Under the pieces are notes generated by a model. That model was given only the letters and a program-made list of their open reading frames with translations. It was not told the DNA's origin and did no database searches. Positions 14,775 to 23,834 of a stretch of 30,666 nt of DNA are shown here, piece by piece (the stretch's first letter is position 1; every line of letters begins with the position of its first letter). The stretch is taken from positions 1-30,666 of the forward strand of contig JALVKK010000171.1 in the NCBI GenBank assembly GCA_027033875.1. The letters run 5' to 3'. The stretch is from Flavobacteriales bacterium. GTDB lineage: Bacteria > Bacteroidota > Bacteroidia > Flavobacteriales > Flavobacteriaceae. The position numbers were made by a program, and so were the translations under genes.

Positions 14775-15680
14775 TCAACTATCGTTGTGCGTTAATTCCT
14801 TAAACAACTGCTCCAGATTTTTATTTTTTTGACGCATTTGTAAGATTTTAATGCCTTGTTCTTGAGCAAAATCAAAAATAAGCGGTCGCATATCATCTTG
14901 AGTTTCAAACGCCAAACACCAGATATGCTCATAAATATTTTCGGCAGCTGATATATGCGGTAACCGGTCTAAAAATTCGCGCTCGATTCTGATATCAAAT
15001 TCCACTTCGATAATCTGCTGTTGTCCGGATTGCAATGTTTTTAAAGATTCATCAGCCATTATTTTACCTTTATCTATTATCAATACACGATCAGCCAAAT
15101 GTTCTACTTCTTGCATAATATGCGAAGATAAAATCAAGGTTTTGTCACGCCCCAAATTTTTGATCAATTGCCGGATATCTACCAATTGATTAGGGTCAAG
15201 TCCGGTAGTAGGCTCGTCTAATATCAAAATATCAGGATCGTGAATTAAAGCGGCAGCCAATCCGACGCGTTGTCGATAACCTTTGGAGAGCTGTCCTATT
15301 TTTTTATGGGCTTCCGGTGTCAATCCGGTGTCGGCAATCACTTGTGCAATCCGATTTTTGTCCGTTTGAAAAATCGAAGCGACAAAATCTAAATATTCAC
15401 GCACATACATATCCGTATATAACGGATTGTGTTCCGGTAAATATCCGATATGTTTTTTGATTTGTAACGGATTGTCAGATACATCTACTCCCACTACTTT
15501 AACCTCTCCGCTATCGGGTTTGATATAGCCCGTCATAATTTTCATCAAAGTGGATTTTCCGGCTCCGTTTGGACCTAGCAGTCCGACTATTTCTCCTTGA
15601 CCTATATGAAAAGAAACATTGTCTAAAACTTTTTGAGACCCGTAATATTTTTGAATGTTATGTAGTTCTATTCTATTCAT
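14775..15680 (-). CDS. gldA: Gliding-motility-associated ABC transporter ATP-binding protein
   Basis: GPNGAGKST, GYLPEHNPLY.DMYVREYL, LTPEAHKKIGQLSKGYRQRVGLA, DEPTTGLDPNQL, and the C-terminal DMRP.IFDFA..G.K.LQ..QKNKNLE characteristic of GldA. Confidence 0.9.
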   Translation of the reverse strand: MNRIELHNIQKYYGSQKVLDNVSFHIGQGEIVGLLGPNGAGKSTLMKIMTGYIKPDSGEVKVVGVDVSDNPLQIKKHIGYLPEHNPLYTDMYVREYLDFVASIFQTDKNRIAQVIADTGLTPEAHKKIGQLSKGYRQRVGLAAALIHDPDILILDEPTTGLDPNQLVDIRQLIKNLGRDKTLILSSHIMQEVEHLADRVLIIDKGKIMADESLKTLQSGQQQIIEVEFDIRIEREFLDRLPHISAAENIYEHIWCLAFETQDDMRPLIFDFAQEQGIKILQMRQKNKNLEQLFKELTHNDS

Positions 15681-15936
15681 TTTTTTTGTAAACTCTGTAA
15701 ATTAATCCGGCTATATATTGTGCCGATATAAAAGCAATGACATTGTATAAAACGGATATCCATGAAAAACCGATGTGAAAATGAAACTTGTTGTAAATGC
15801 GAAGTATAATGATAAAGGCCACTGGTATGTGAATGGCAAGCATCCAATCTCGTGATTTGAATTTGCTTTTGACACGCCAAAAACCAAATGGAAAGGCTAA
15901 TAAAAACACAATAACGGCAAAAGTTATGTTATTCAT
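15673..15936 (-). CDS. Small hypothetical membrane protein (~87 aa)
   Basis: Three hydrophobic segments with PFGFWR..W.LAIHIP pattern. The stop overlaps the gldA start. ATG 15936 is preferred to 15963. Confidence 0.7.
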   Translation of the reverse strand: MNNITFAVIVFLLAFPFGFWRVKSKFKSRDWMLAIHIPVAFIIILRIYNKFHFHIGFSWISVLYNVIAFISAQYIAGLIYRVYKKNE

Positions 15937-15997
15937 AGAATAATTTTTGCAAATGTAAGTCAAATATAATAATTTTGAGAGAACAAAAACAATTCTG

Positions 15998-16717
15998 ATG
16001 TTAAATCAAGCCCGATTATCACAATTTTTATTTCTTGACATTGAAACCGTCCCCGAAATTTACCGGTTTGATGATTTGGATAACCCGAAAAAAAGATTAT
16101 TTGAAAAAAAAGTACGATACCGGCTTAATGACGATTCAACAGTTGAAGAATTGTACGAACAAGCGAGTATTTGGGCGGAGTTTGGTAAAATTATTGTGAT
16201 TTCCGCCGGCTTTTTTGTCAAAGATAACGGAAGCGAATTTCGCCTCAAATCTTTTGCTTCTGATAATGAGGTGCAACTTTTAAAAGATTTTGCAGACCTA
16301 CTCAATAGCAAATATTTTCAACGTAATGATTTAAAACTCTGCGCCCATAACGGCAAAGAATTTGATTTTCCGTATATCGCCCGCCGAATGATCATCAATC
16401 AAATTCCGCTACCAAAACAATTAGCGGTTTACGGCAAAAAACCTTGGGAAACGCTTTTTTGCGATACTATGGAATTGTGGCGTTTTGGCGATTATAAACA
16501 CTATACGTCTTTGGAATTATTGACTCATATACTTCACATTCCTTCACCGAAACAAGACATCGAAGGAAAAGATGTCGCCAAAGTTTATTACGAAGAAAAA
16601 AATTTGGAACGCATCAGATCTTATTGTGAAAACGATGTAATAGCTATCGCTCAGATTATGCTACGCTATATGAATAAAGACCTGATGAACGATGAACAAA
16701 TCATCAGAGTTGATTGA
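15998..16717 (+). CDS. PolB-like 3'-5' exonuclease (DEDD family)
   Basis: FLDIETV (ExoI), CAHNGKEFDFPYI (ExoII), DTMELW, YCENDV (ExoIII). Confidence 0.9.
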   Translation: MLNQARLSQFLFLDIETVPEIYRFDDLDNPKKRLFEKKVRYRLNDDSTVEELYEQASIWAEFGKIIVISAGFFVKDNGSEFRLKSFASDNEVQLLKDFADLLNSKYFQRNDLKLCAHNGKEFDFPYIARRMIINQIPLPKQLAVYGKKPWETLFCDTMELWRFGDYKHYTSLELLTHILHIPSPKQDIEGKDVAKVYYEEKNLERIRSYCENDVIAIAQIMLRYMNKDLMNDEQIIRVD

Positions 16718-16740
16718 TAATAGATAATAGATATTATCAA

Positions 16741-16756
16741 TAAATTTGTAAATTTG
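16741..16756 (+). promoter_or_regulatory. Tandem -7 elements upstream of the HIT gene
   Basis: TAAATTTG-TAAATTTG. Confidence 0.5.
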
Positions 16757-16773
16757 TCCAAAACAAAAGTCTT

Positions 16774-17181
16774 ATGAGTTCTATATTTACTAAAATTATC
16801 AATCGTGAAATACCGGCTTATATAGTAGCCGAAGATGATAAACATATAGCTTTTTTTGATATTTTTCCCAATGCCAAAGGGCATACTTTGGTGGTGCCTA
16901 AGCAGGAAATTGACCAAATTTTTGAGATGTCCGAACAGGCTTATCTTGATTTGATGCAATTTGCCCGCAAAGTAGCCAAAGCACAAGAGCAAGTTTTTAC
17001 AGGTGCCAAACGCATAGGTATGGCGGTAGTCGGATTGGAAGTGCCACACGTTCACGTACATCTGATTCCGCTCAATAATATGAGTGATATGAACTTTGGT
17101 AAAAAAGTAGAAATAAACGAAACTGAATTTAAAGATTTACAAAAACGTATGAGGGAAGTTTTTGAACAATTATATCTTTAA
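16774..17181 (+). CDS. HIT-family nucleotide hydrolase
   Basis: IFTKIINREIPA, AFFDIFP..GHTLVVPK, histidine triad VPHVHVHLIP. Confidence 0.95.
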   Translation: MSSIFTKIINREIPAYIVAEDDKHIAFFDIFPNAKGHTLVVPKQEIDQIFEMSEQAYLDLMQFARKVAKAQEQVFTGAKRIGMAVVGLEVPHVHVHLIPLNNMSDMNFGKKVEINETEFKDLQKRMREVFEQLYL

Positions 17182-17531
17182 GATTCCGAACGTTTGACCA
17201 GCATATAAAAATCATTACCAATATCCAAGTAGCCTTGGTTATAAACAAAATAATAGACTTTTTGTTTTTTGGTGGTATAGATACTTGTAAAAAGATTAAA
17301 ATCAAAGCCGGCAGCTATCAATTTTGATTTATGCACATTGGTTTTGTCTTCCGGATTTAATTCGTTGAGTATGCGCCAATTTTTTTTTAAGCGGTTATTG
17401 GTTGTTCGAATAAGGTTACTTACAGCTTTGTTTTTGCGGTTGTTGTACGCATTGCGACAGTAATCCGAACAAAATTTTTTATCTGACCGGCCTAAAATAG
17501 GAGCACCGCATTCCAAGCATTTTTTTTCCAC
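17178..17531 (-). CDS. Hypothetical protein with N-terminal zinc ribbon (DUF2116-like)
   Basis: C-x2-C-x12-C-x3-C (CLECG..KKFCSDYCR), followed by a conserved-looking GFDFNLFTSIYTT..YYFVYNQGY. Overlaps the HIT stop by 4 bp. Confidence 0.8.
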   Translation of the reverse strand: MEKKCLECGAPILGRSDKKFCSDYCRNAYNNRKNKAVSNLIRTTNNRLKKNWRILNELNPEDKTNVHKSKLIAAGFDFNLFTSIYTTKKQKVYYFVYNQGYLDIGNDFYMLVKRSES

Positions 17532-17803
17532 AATAATAATTTATAATAGGTCTGACAGTCAAATATACAATTTTTTGATGATATGGTTGTTTGGTTAATC
17601 GGTTATTTGAGGAATTGAGGAAATGAAATTGTTGAATTATTTATTATGCAAAAGAAAATTGTATCGTAACCGGTATTAGTAATATCTATTATTTTCAATC
17701 AAAATTGAATTTGAGGTCATCAAATACAGGTGGTCCGAACCTGAATTTCGGATGTCCTGATAAAGCATAAGATTTATCAAAAAAAAATAAAATTTATCAA
17801 CAT

Positions 17804-18235
17804 TTACTTGACCGGTATTTTTTTGACTCTACGTTGGTGTCTGCCGCCTTCAAATTCGGTATTCAGAAAAGTTTGTACATATTCCAAAGCTTGATATTGT
17901 GAGATAAACCGTGCAGGCAAACTTAAAATATTAGCGTTATTATGTTGACGCGCGAGTTCAACTAATTCTTTGTTCCAGCATAAAGCGGCACGTACACCTT
18001 GATGTTTGTTAGCGGTAATGGCGGCGCCGTTACCGCTACCGCAGAGAATGATACCCAAATCCACTTCATTATTTTCAACGGCATTGGCAACAGGGTGAAT
18101 GTGATCAGGATAGTCAACGCTATCATTTGTGTCGGTTCCGAAGTTTAGGATTTGATGTCCTAAGTTTTCTAAAAGTTTAATAATGGCAAATTTGTAAGTT
18201 GTTCCGGCGTGGTCGTTTCCAATAGCTATTTTCAT
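17804..18235 (-). CDS. rpiB: Ribose 5-phosphate isomerase B
   Basis: MKIAIGNDHAG, DYPD, ICGSGNG..ITANK..GVRAALCW, ARQHNNANILSL, FEGGRHQRRV. Confidence 0.97.
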   Translation of the reverse strand: MKIAIGNDHAGTTYKFAIIKLLENLGHQILNFGTDTNDSVDYPDHIHPVANAVENNEVDLGIILCGSGNGAAITANKHQGVRAALCWNKELVELARQHNNANILSLPARFISQYQALEYVQTFLNTEFEGGRHQRRVKKIPVK

Positions 18236-18321
18236 AAAAAACATATTATTATTGCGATGGTACGGTTTTCAAAAAAAGAAAAAAAATATCCCCTTCAAAC
18301 CGTATATTATTGTAAGTAAAA

Positions 18322-20154
18322 TTACATTATCAAACGGACACCACCGAGTTCTTCCAAACGGTAAGGGAATTTTTCGTCCGGCGAGCCTATAAACATAAAA
18401 TTAATGGGAATATGCCATTTTTCAGATAATTCTTTGATGAGTCCCGGTCCGAAATTTCCTTCAACCGGTACAAATTCTATATCAATTTCCGGATATTCTT
18501 CATCTAAAATATTGATATTTCTAACCAATTCTTCCGAAGGTTTTTCGCCCGGAGACAAAACTTTTACGATTTTAACTCTTTTTGTATGTTCGTTATCGCG
18601 GATATACAACATGGCTTTGTTCATATTGGCAATACTTTTACCTTTGGTAAAAAATACAAATTCCTGACTGTTAATATCTTCAATCAATTTGTCGATACCT
18701 TTGTGCAGGCGCAAGAAAAACTTACGAATGGGTTCAAAAATGTATTGCACAATGTTGAGCAATAATTTAAGTAACATGGTGCGGTTAAGCATAATCATTA
18801 CAAATATCAAAACAGGGATAAAATACATCGTAAATATTAACCAGTTTGCCGGATCGTCCGGATTTTCAGGTTCCATAACCAAATTGCCCAACAAGGCAAT
18901 GAGTACGGCGGAAAAAGCAACAAGAATACCGAACCAAGGCGCTTTCTCGGGTCGAGGCAAATGTTTTCTTTTGACCTTTAAAAGCACATTACCGACAACA
19001 AACAGGAGCATAACCGATAAAAATGAAATGGTGTAAACGCCTGCCAAAGTAGTAACTTTTCCTTTGGTTATAATCAAAACCGAAATGCTGAGTAAAAAGA
19101 AAAATATGATAATTCGATATGATGCGTTTTTTTTATTTTTCTTTAAGAAAAAATTAGGCATAATACGGTCCAAAGTTAAACGCTCCAACAAACCGGTTAC
19201 TCCGATATAACTGGTCAAAACGGCACCGGATAAAACCAAAAAAGCATCAATTGATATAAATAAAGCCAACCAATTTCCGGCAGAATTTTCACCTAATTGT
19301 ATCAGTAAAGTATTTTCGTTAACATCTCCTATTGATAAAGCTGCAAGTGCCAAAAACGCCATTAACGGATTCAAAATACTCACGACTACCCACATATTTC
19401 GCAGCGTTTTTGGAAAAACTCCGGGTTTCTGTTCTTCGACAAAATTTGCCGAACTCTCAAAACCTGAAATTCCCAACATGGAAGCCGCAAACCCGAAGAA
19501 AATGGCTTTGACGATACTCCCGTGTTTAACCGGTTGGTGCCAGTTTTCAACAAATACATCAAAACCGTGTTGCAAAATATAAATAATTAATGAAAGGATT
19601 AAAGCTGTCATCACAGTCAAATGAAAAAGAAAAATAGCGATAGCTACTTTTGAGGATTCTTTAATACCCATGATGGCCAAACCGGCAAATATTCCTAACA
19701 ACCCGATGGTTGCCAAAATAATGATCTTGTTACTATCAACACCTATGACATGAAATAAATAATGAATGGCTTCATTGGCAGAAATAACAGCTGTTGCCAT
19801 ATATGACAACAAGGTCAAAGTTGCTGCAATAGATGACATTCGTTTGCTGGTAGTATTTAACAAAGCGTTGTAAGCACCTCCGTTGAGTGGTAAGGCACCG
19901 ACGACTTCGCCATAAATTTTTCTAAAAAAGTATAATACCAAAGCTACAATTAACAATGTAACCCAAGCATATTGACCGGCAAAAGCAATAGCTAAAGCCG
20001 ATACATACAAAACCGAAGAGCTGATGTCGTTACCACTAATTGCCGTAGCGGCTAATTCGCCTAATTTTACATGTTTTTTCAGTTCCGTCCGGTTGTTATG
20101 AATTTGCACGTCGTTATTGGTTTGAATTTTGGAAGGTGTATTATCTGTACTCAT
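18322..20154 (-). CDS. APC-superfamily permease with C-terminal soluble domain (KimA/YdaO-like)
   Basis: About 12 hydrophobic segments, GNDISSSVLY in TM1, ALPLNGGAY, SGFESSANFVEE, and a ~120-aa hydrophilic C-terminal domain. ATG 20154 is preferred to 20256. Confidence 0.85.
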   Translation of the reverse strand: MSTDNTPSKIQTNNDVQIHNNRTELKKHVKLGELAATAISGNDISSSVLYVSALAIAFAGQYAWVTLLIVALVLYFFRKIYGEVVGALPLNGGAYNALLNTTSKRMSSIAATLTLLSYMATAVISANEAIHYLFHVIGVDSNKIIILATIGLLGIFAGLAIMGIKESSKVAIAIFLFHLTVMTALILSLIIYILQHGFDVFVENWHQPVKHGSIVKAIFFGFAASMLGISGFESSANFVEEQKPGVFPKTLRNMWVVVSILNPLMAFLALAALSIGDVNENTLLIQLGENSAGNWLALFISIDAFLVLSGAVLTSYIGVTGLLERLTLDRIMPNFFLKKNKKNASYRIIIFFFLLSISVLIITKGKVTTLAGVYTISFLSVMLLFVVGNVLLKVKRKHLPRPEKAPWFGILVAFSAVLIALLGNLVMEPENPDDPANWLIFTMYFIPVLIFVMIMLNRTMLLKLLLNIVQYIFEPIRKFFLRLHKGIDKLIEDINSQEFVFFTKGKSIANMNKAMLYIRDNEHTKRVKIVKVLSPGEKPSEELVRNINILDEEYPEIDIEFVPVEGNFGPGLIKELSEKWHIPINFMFIGSPDEKFPYRLEELGGVRLIM

Positions 20155-20390
20155 AAATGATTGATTTGTACCGCGAAAATAATAAAAAAAGCCTATATAT
20201 GAAAAATTGTGTGAAGTAAGTATAATTTGTTCGATGTCGGCTTGTTTGATGTCCAATGTTATTTTGAGGAAATAAATGAAGAAAAAATTCTTTGAATTTC
20301 GAAGAGTTGGAACGTTAATTTTTTTGTGGTATTAAGGTATTAAATAGATATTTCCTATTTTCTTTACTTATATTTTTTCTAAAAATACTG

Positions 20391-20404
20391 CTGATAATTG
20401 TCAG
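20391..20404. promoter_or_regulatory. Crp/Fnr-like near-palindrome
   Basis: CTGAT-AATT-GTCAG, with 5-4-5 geometry like TTGAT-N4-ATCAA. Confidence 0.3.
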
Positions 20405-20509
20405 GCGCTATGTTGATATATTAGCATTTCTCGTACTTTGTCTAACTTAGTTTTTTATTTCTCTGACCACATTATGATGTATAGTACTTATACTTCAAAA
20501 TAAATAACT

Positions 20510-20517
20510 TATCTTTG
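20510..20517 (+). promoter_or_regulatory. -7 promoter element of gene X
   Basis: TATCTTTG 25 bp upstream of ATG 20543. The upstream ACTTCAAAA is shared with fragment 2 (5732-5740). Confidence 0.65.
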
Positions 20518-20542
20518 CCATTTATTGAACATCATCAAACAA

Positions 20543-22339
20543 ATGAACGCATTACACAATTTTCATATTCCGGTTATGGGCGTAGCCTATACCATTGAAA
20601 GCCCGCTTAAAGTAGCTCCTTTCGGTATTGATTCGGTAATTTCGTTGGTCGATAATGTCTTATTGGAAAAATTGAGAGAAAAATACAGTGAAAAATTTGG
20701 CTTGCCCTATAAAGAAATCTCCCGTAAAGCCGAAGATTATATGGCAAAACGCATAACGGCTTACCTCGATATGATCAATCGCCTAACCACCGAAAAATTT
20801 GAAAGTTTAAAAAATAATTATGAAGATAAAAAAACGGAAATATTTGATTATTTTGAATTATTGCCGGACTCTTCCTCTTTAAAACAAAGTTTTAAAAAAG
20901 TTGTCAATAAAAATGTTGAGGACATTAAACAATGGTTAGAGCAAAATTTGGTTATGGGAAGTATTGATGTGAATATCATGACCAAAGTAGATAAAACCAA
21001 TTACAAAAAAAACGGAGAAGCTTTGCCGCAAGAATTTAACGATGCTCACGCAGCTTTGCGGGGCTATGCCAACAGTAAATTAGAATCATCATTAGTATTA
21101 TCAGCCGGTATGAGTCCGCGTTTGTATAGCTATATAGAAAATTTTGATGATTTCTATCCGGACAACGATGGATATATTAAGAAAAAAATAGTTTTGAAAG
21201 TCAGTGATTACCGTTCGGCTATCATACAAGGCAAATTTTTGGCCAAAAAAGGACTTTGGGTTAGTGAATATCGGATAGAATCAGGATTAAATTGCGGTGG
21301 ACATGCTTTTGCAACCGAGGGTTTCTTGATGGGACCGATATTGGAAGAATTTAAAAATAATAGAGAACAATTAATTGAAGAAGTGCACAATATTCTAATC
21401 AAAGGATTGCAACAAAAAAACAGACCCATACCTGAACAACCATTACCTATGCGTATAACGGCACAAGGCGGTGTCGGCACCCATGACGAACATCAATTTT
21501 TATTAGATTATTACCAAGTTGATAGTGTCGGTTGGGGAAGTCCGTTTCTACTGGTACCGGAAGCTACAACCGTTGATGAGGAAACCAGAGAAAAATTGGC
21601 TGTTGCCGAAGAAAAAGATTTGTATTTGAGTAATATCTCACCGCTAGGTGTCCCTTTTAACAGCTTACGCACCGCATCGGCAACTATAAAAAAAATAGAA
21701 AAAGCCCGCATAGGCAGAGCCGGTAGCAGTTGCCCCAAAGAATATCTGGTATCCAATACGGAATATACCGAGAAACCTATATGCACGGCATCCAGACAAT
21801 ACCAATACCTGAAACTTAAAGAATTGGATGAAAAAAAATTACCTAAAACGGAACATGAAAAAGAATTTAACCGTATAACTGCGCCTGAATGTCTATGTGT
21901 AGGCTTATCCGAACCGGCAATTATCACACACCAAATTGATTATAAGATTAAAGACAACGGCGTAACGGTTTGCCCCGGCCCCAATATGGCTTATTTTGAT
22001 AAAATTGTTTCGCTTAAAGATATGGTCGGACATATTTACGGAAAAGTCAATTTGCTGCGCAATGCCTATCGTCCGCATATGTTTATCAAAGAACTGAATC
22101 TTTATATTGATTTTCTGAAAAACGATATTAAAAAACGAAAAAGTCCTCTAGACAAAAAAACTGAAAAATATTTAAAAAAATTCTCCAGTAACTTAAACGA
22201 AGGAATCCAATATTATCAAAAACTTTTTACGAACAAAAAAAACAGTTTTAGTCAAAATAAAAATTCTGTTTTGAAAGATTTGAAAAAAGCCAAGCAAAGC
22301 CTGAATATTTTATTGGGAACCATTCAAAATTTGACATAG
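20543..22339 (+). CDS. Gene X: uncharacterised 598-aa protein, probable FMN-binding TIM-barrel oxidoreductase (FabK/nitronate monooxygenase-like) with a Cys cluster
   Basis: IESGLNCGGHAF, ITAQGGVGT and VGWGSPFL resemble NMO/FabK/IMPDH-type barrel motifs. C-x16-C-x35-C-x-C-x24-C near the C-terminus. The CDS itself is certain; the function is inferred. Confidence 0.8.
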   Translation: MNALHNFHIPVMGVAYTIESPLKVAPFGIDSVISLVDNVLLEKLREKYSEKFGLPYKEISRKAEDYMAKRITAYLDMINRLTTEKFESLKNNYEDKKTEIFDYFELLPDSSSLKQSFKKVVNKNVEDIKQWLEQNLVMGSIDVNIMTKVDKTNYKKNGEALPQEFNDAHAALRGYANSKLESSLVLSAGMSPRLYSYIENFDDFYPDNDGYIKKKIVLKVSDYRSAIIQGKFLAKKGLWVSEYRIESGLNCGGHAFATEGFLMGPILEEFKNNREQLIEEVHNILIKGLQQKNRPIPEQPLPMRITAQGGVGTHDEHQFLLDYYQVDSVGWGSPFLLVPEATTVDEETREKLAVAEEKDLYLSNISPLGVPFNSLRTASATIKKIEKARIGRAGSSCPKEYLVSNTEYTEKPICTASRQYQYLKLKELDEKKLPKTEHEKEFNRITAPECLCVGLSEPAIITHQIDYKIKDNGVTVCPGPNMAYFDKIVSLKDMVGHIYGKVNLLRNAYRPHMFIKELNLYIDFLKNDIKKRKSPLDKKTEKYLKKFSSNLNEGIQYYQKLFTNKKNSFSQNKNSVLKDLKKAKQSLNILLGTIQNLT

Positions 22340-22559
22340 ATACAGATTGATCACATACCGGACGTCAAACACTCAATACCGACAATAATCACGATTACAT
22401 AACATAATGTAACATGAATATTATTGAAAAATCTCAGAATTTACAAAGGTATATTTAAGATTATTATTGAAAAATATAAAATCTGTTAACATAATATTAA
22501 ATAATAATTTTTCTTTTTAATTTAATTGTTACGATTGGTGATATTTATTTACTTTTTAT

Positions 22560-22567
22560 TACCTTTG
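22560..22567 (+). promoter_or_regulatory. -7 promoter element of the HAD-like gene
   Basis: TACCTTTG 19 bp upstream of ATG 22587. Confidence 0.6.
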
Positions 22568-22586
22568 CGTAACAAAACAACACAAA

Positions 22587-23108
22587 ATGAAAAATATCAA
22601 ACTATTTATATCCGGTTATAACGGTGTATGGACAAATAATCATATATATTATGATAAAAAAGGAAACCAAACTAAATATTTTAATTTGAACGATTGTATA
22701 GGTGTCGCGTTCTTAAAGCTAAACAACATTCCGGTAATAGTTTTGACCGAAGATCACGGAGAAATCATCAAATCTCAATTAGAAAAATTAAAAATAACCG
22801 ATTATTACGTAGGTGTCAGTAATAAAATAAAAGTTGCCAAAGAAATATTACAAAAATACAATATTACATGGGAAGAAACAGCTTATATCGGTGACGATAT
22901 CAATGATTTACCACTTCTCAAAAAGGTCGGTTATGCCGGTGTTCCCGCACAAGCACCCTACTACGTCAAAAGAGAGGTCGATGTTATTCTTTCCAAAAAC
23001 GGCGGTGAAGGTGCTTTTAGAGAATTTGTTGAAAAATATATGGACGAAAGCGGCATCTTAAAAAAAACTCTCAATAAGTATTTATCCATATACGAAGCTG
23101 TTGACTAA
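22587..23108 (+). CDS. KdsC/YrbI (KDN-9-P/KDO-8-P phosphatase) family HAD protein with degenerate motif I
   Basis: GVWT..YYD..GN..K.FN..D, AYIGDDIND..LLKKVG.AGVPA.APYY and GGEGAFREFVEK match the family. The DxD nucleophile motif reads SGYNG. Confidence 0.85.
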   Translation: MKNIKLFISGYNGVWTNNHIYYDKKGNQTKYFNLNDCIGVAFLKLNNIPVIVLTEDHGEIIKSQLEKLKITDYYVGVSNKIKVAKEILQKYNITWEETAYIGDDINDLPLLKKVGYAGVPAQAPYYVKREVDVILSKNGGEGAFREFVEKYMDESGILKKTLNKYLSIYEAVD

Positions 23109-23140
23109 TACTTTGTATAGCCATAGTGAACAGGCTTTGT

Positions 23141-23821
23141 CTATATTTTTTTTCCTTTTAATACGATCACAAATTCACCTTTGACTGAGGCTTTGTCATT
23201 GAATATTTGAAGTACCTCGGACAGATTCCCTCTGATGGTTTCTTCGTAGAGTTTGCTGATTTCCCGTGAAACAGAAATTTGTCTGTCTGCACCGAAATAT
23301 ATTTCAAAATCTTGTAAAGTTTTGAGCAATTTGTGTGGCGATTCGTAAAAAATCATAGTTCTTGTTTCATCTTGCAAACTTTCCAAACGGGTTTTACGCC
23401 CTTTTTTAACCGGTAAAAAACCTTCAAATACAAAACGTTCGGCAGGCAAACCGGAATTGACCAAAGCAGGAACAAATGCCGTTGCTCCGGGTAAAGTTTC
23501 GACCGGTATATCTTTTTCAATGGCTTTGTGTACTATTAAATAACCCGGGTCCGATATAGCCGGTGTGCCGGCATCAGATATTAAAGCAAAACTTAGCCCC
23601 TGCTCTAACTGTGATACCAAACTATCAACTATTTTGTGTTCATTAAATTTATGATATGAACGTTGTGAAGTGACAATCTCAAAATACTTTAACAATTTAC
23701 CCGAAGTGCGAGTATCTTCCGATAAAATCAAATCGACCTCTTTTAACACACTGATAGCCCTAAAAGTCATATCTTGCAGATTGCCGATAGGAGTTGGTAC
23801 TACATATAATTTTCCTTTCAT
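23141..23821 (-). CDS. rsmI: 16S rRNA (cytidine-1402-2'-O)-methyltransferase
   Basis: LYVVPTPIGNLQDMTFRA, EDTRTSGKLL, LISDAGTPAISDPG, FEGFLP, FYESPH.L, REISKLYEE, KGEFV. Confidence 0.97.
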   Translation of the reverse strand: MKGKLYVVPTPIGNLQDMTFRAISVLKEVDLILSEDTRTSGKLLKYFEIVTSQRSYHKFNEHKIVDSLVSQLEQGLSFALISDAGTPAISDPGYLIVHKAIEKDIPVETLPGATAFVPALVNSGLPAERFVFEGFLPVKKGRKTRLESLQDETRTMIFYESPHKLLKTLQDFEIYFGADRQISVSREISKLYEETIRGNLSEVLQIFNDKASVKGEFVIVLKGKKI

Positions 23822-23834
23822 CTGTATATAATTT

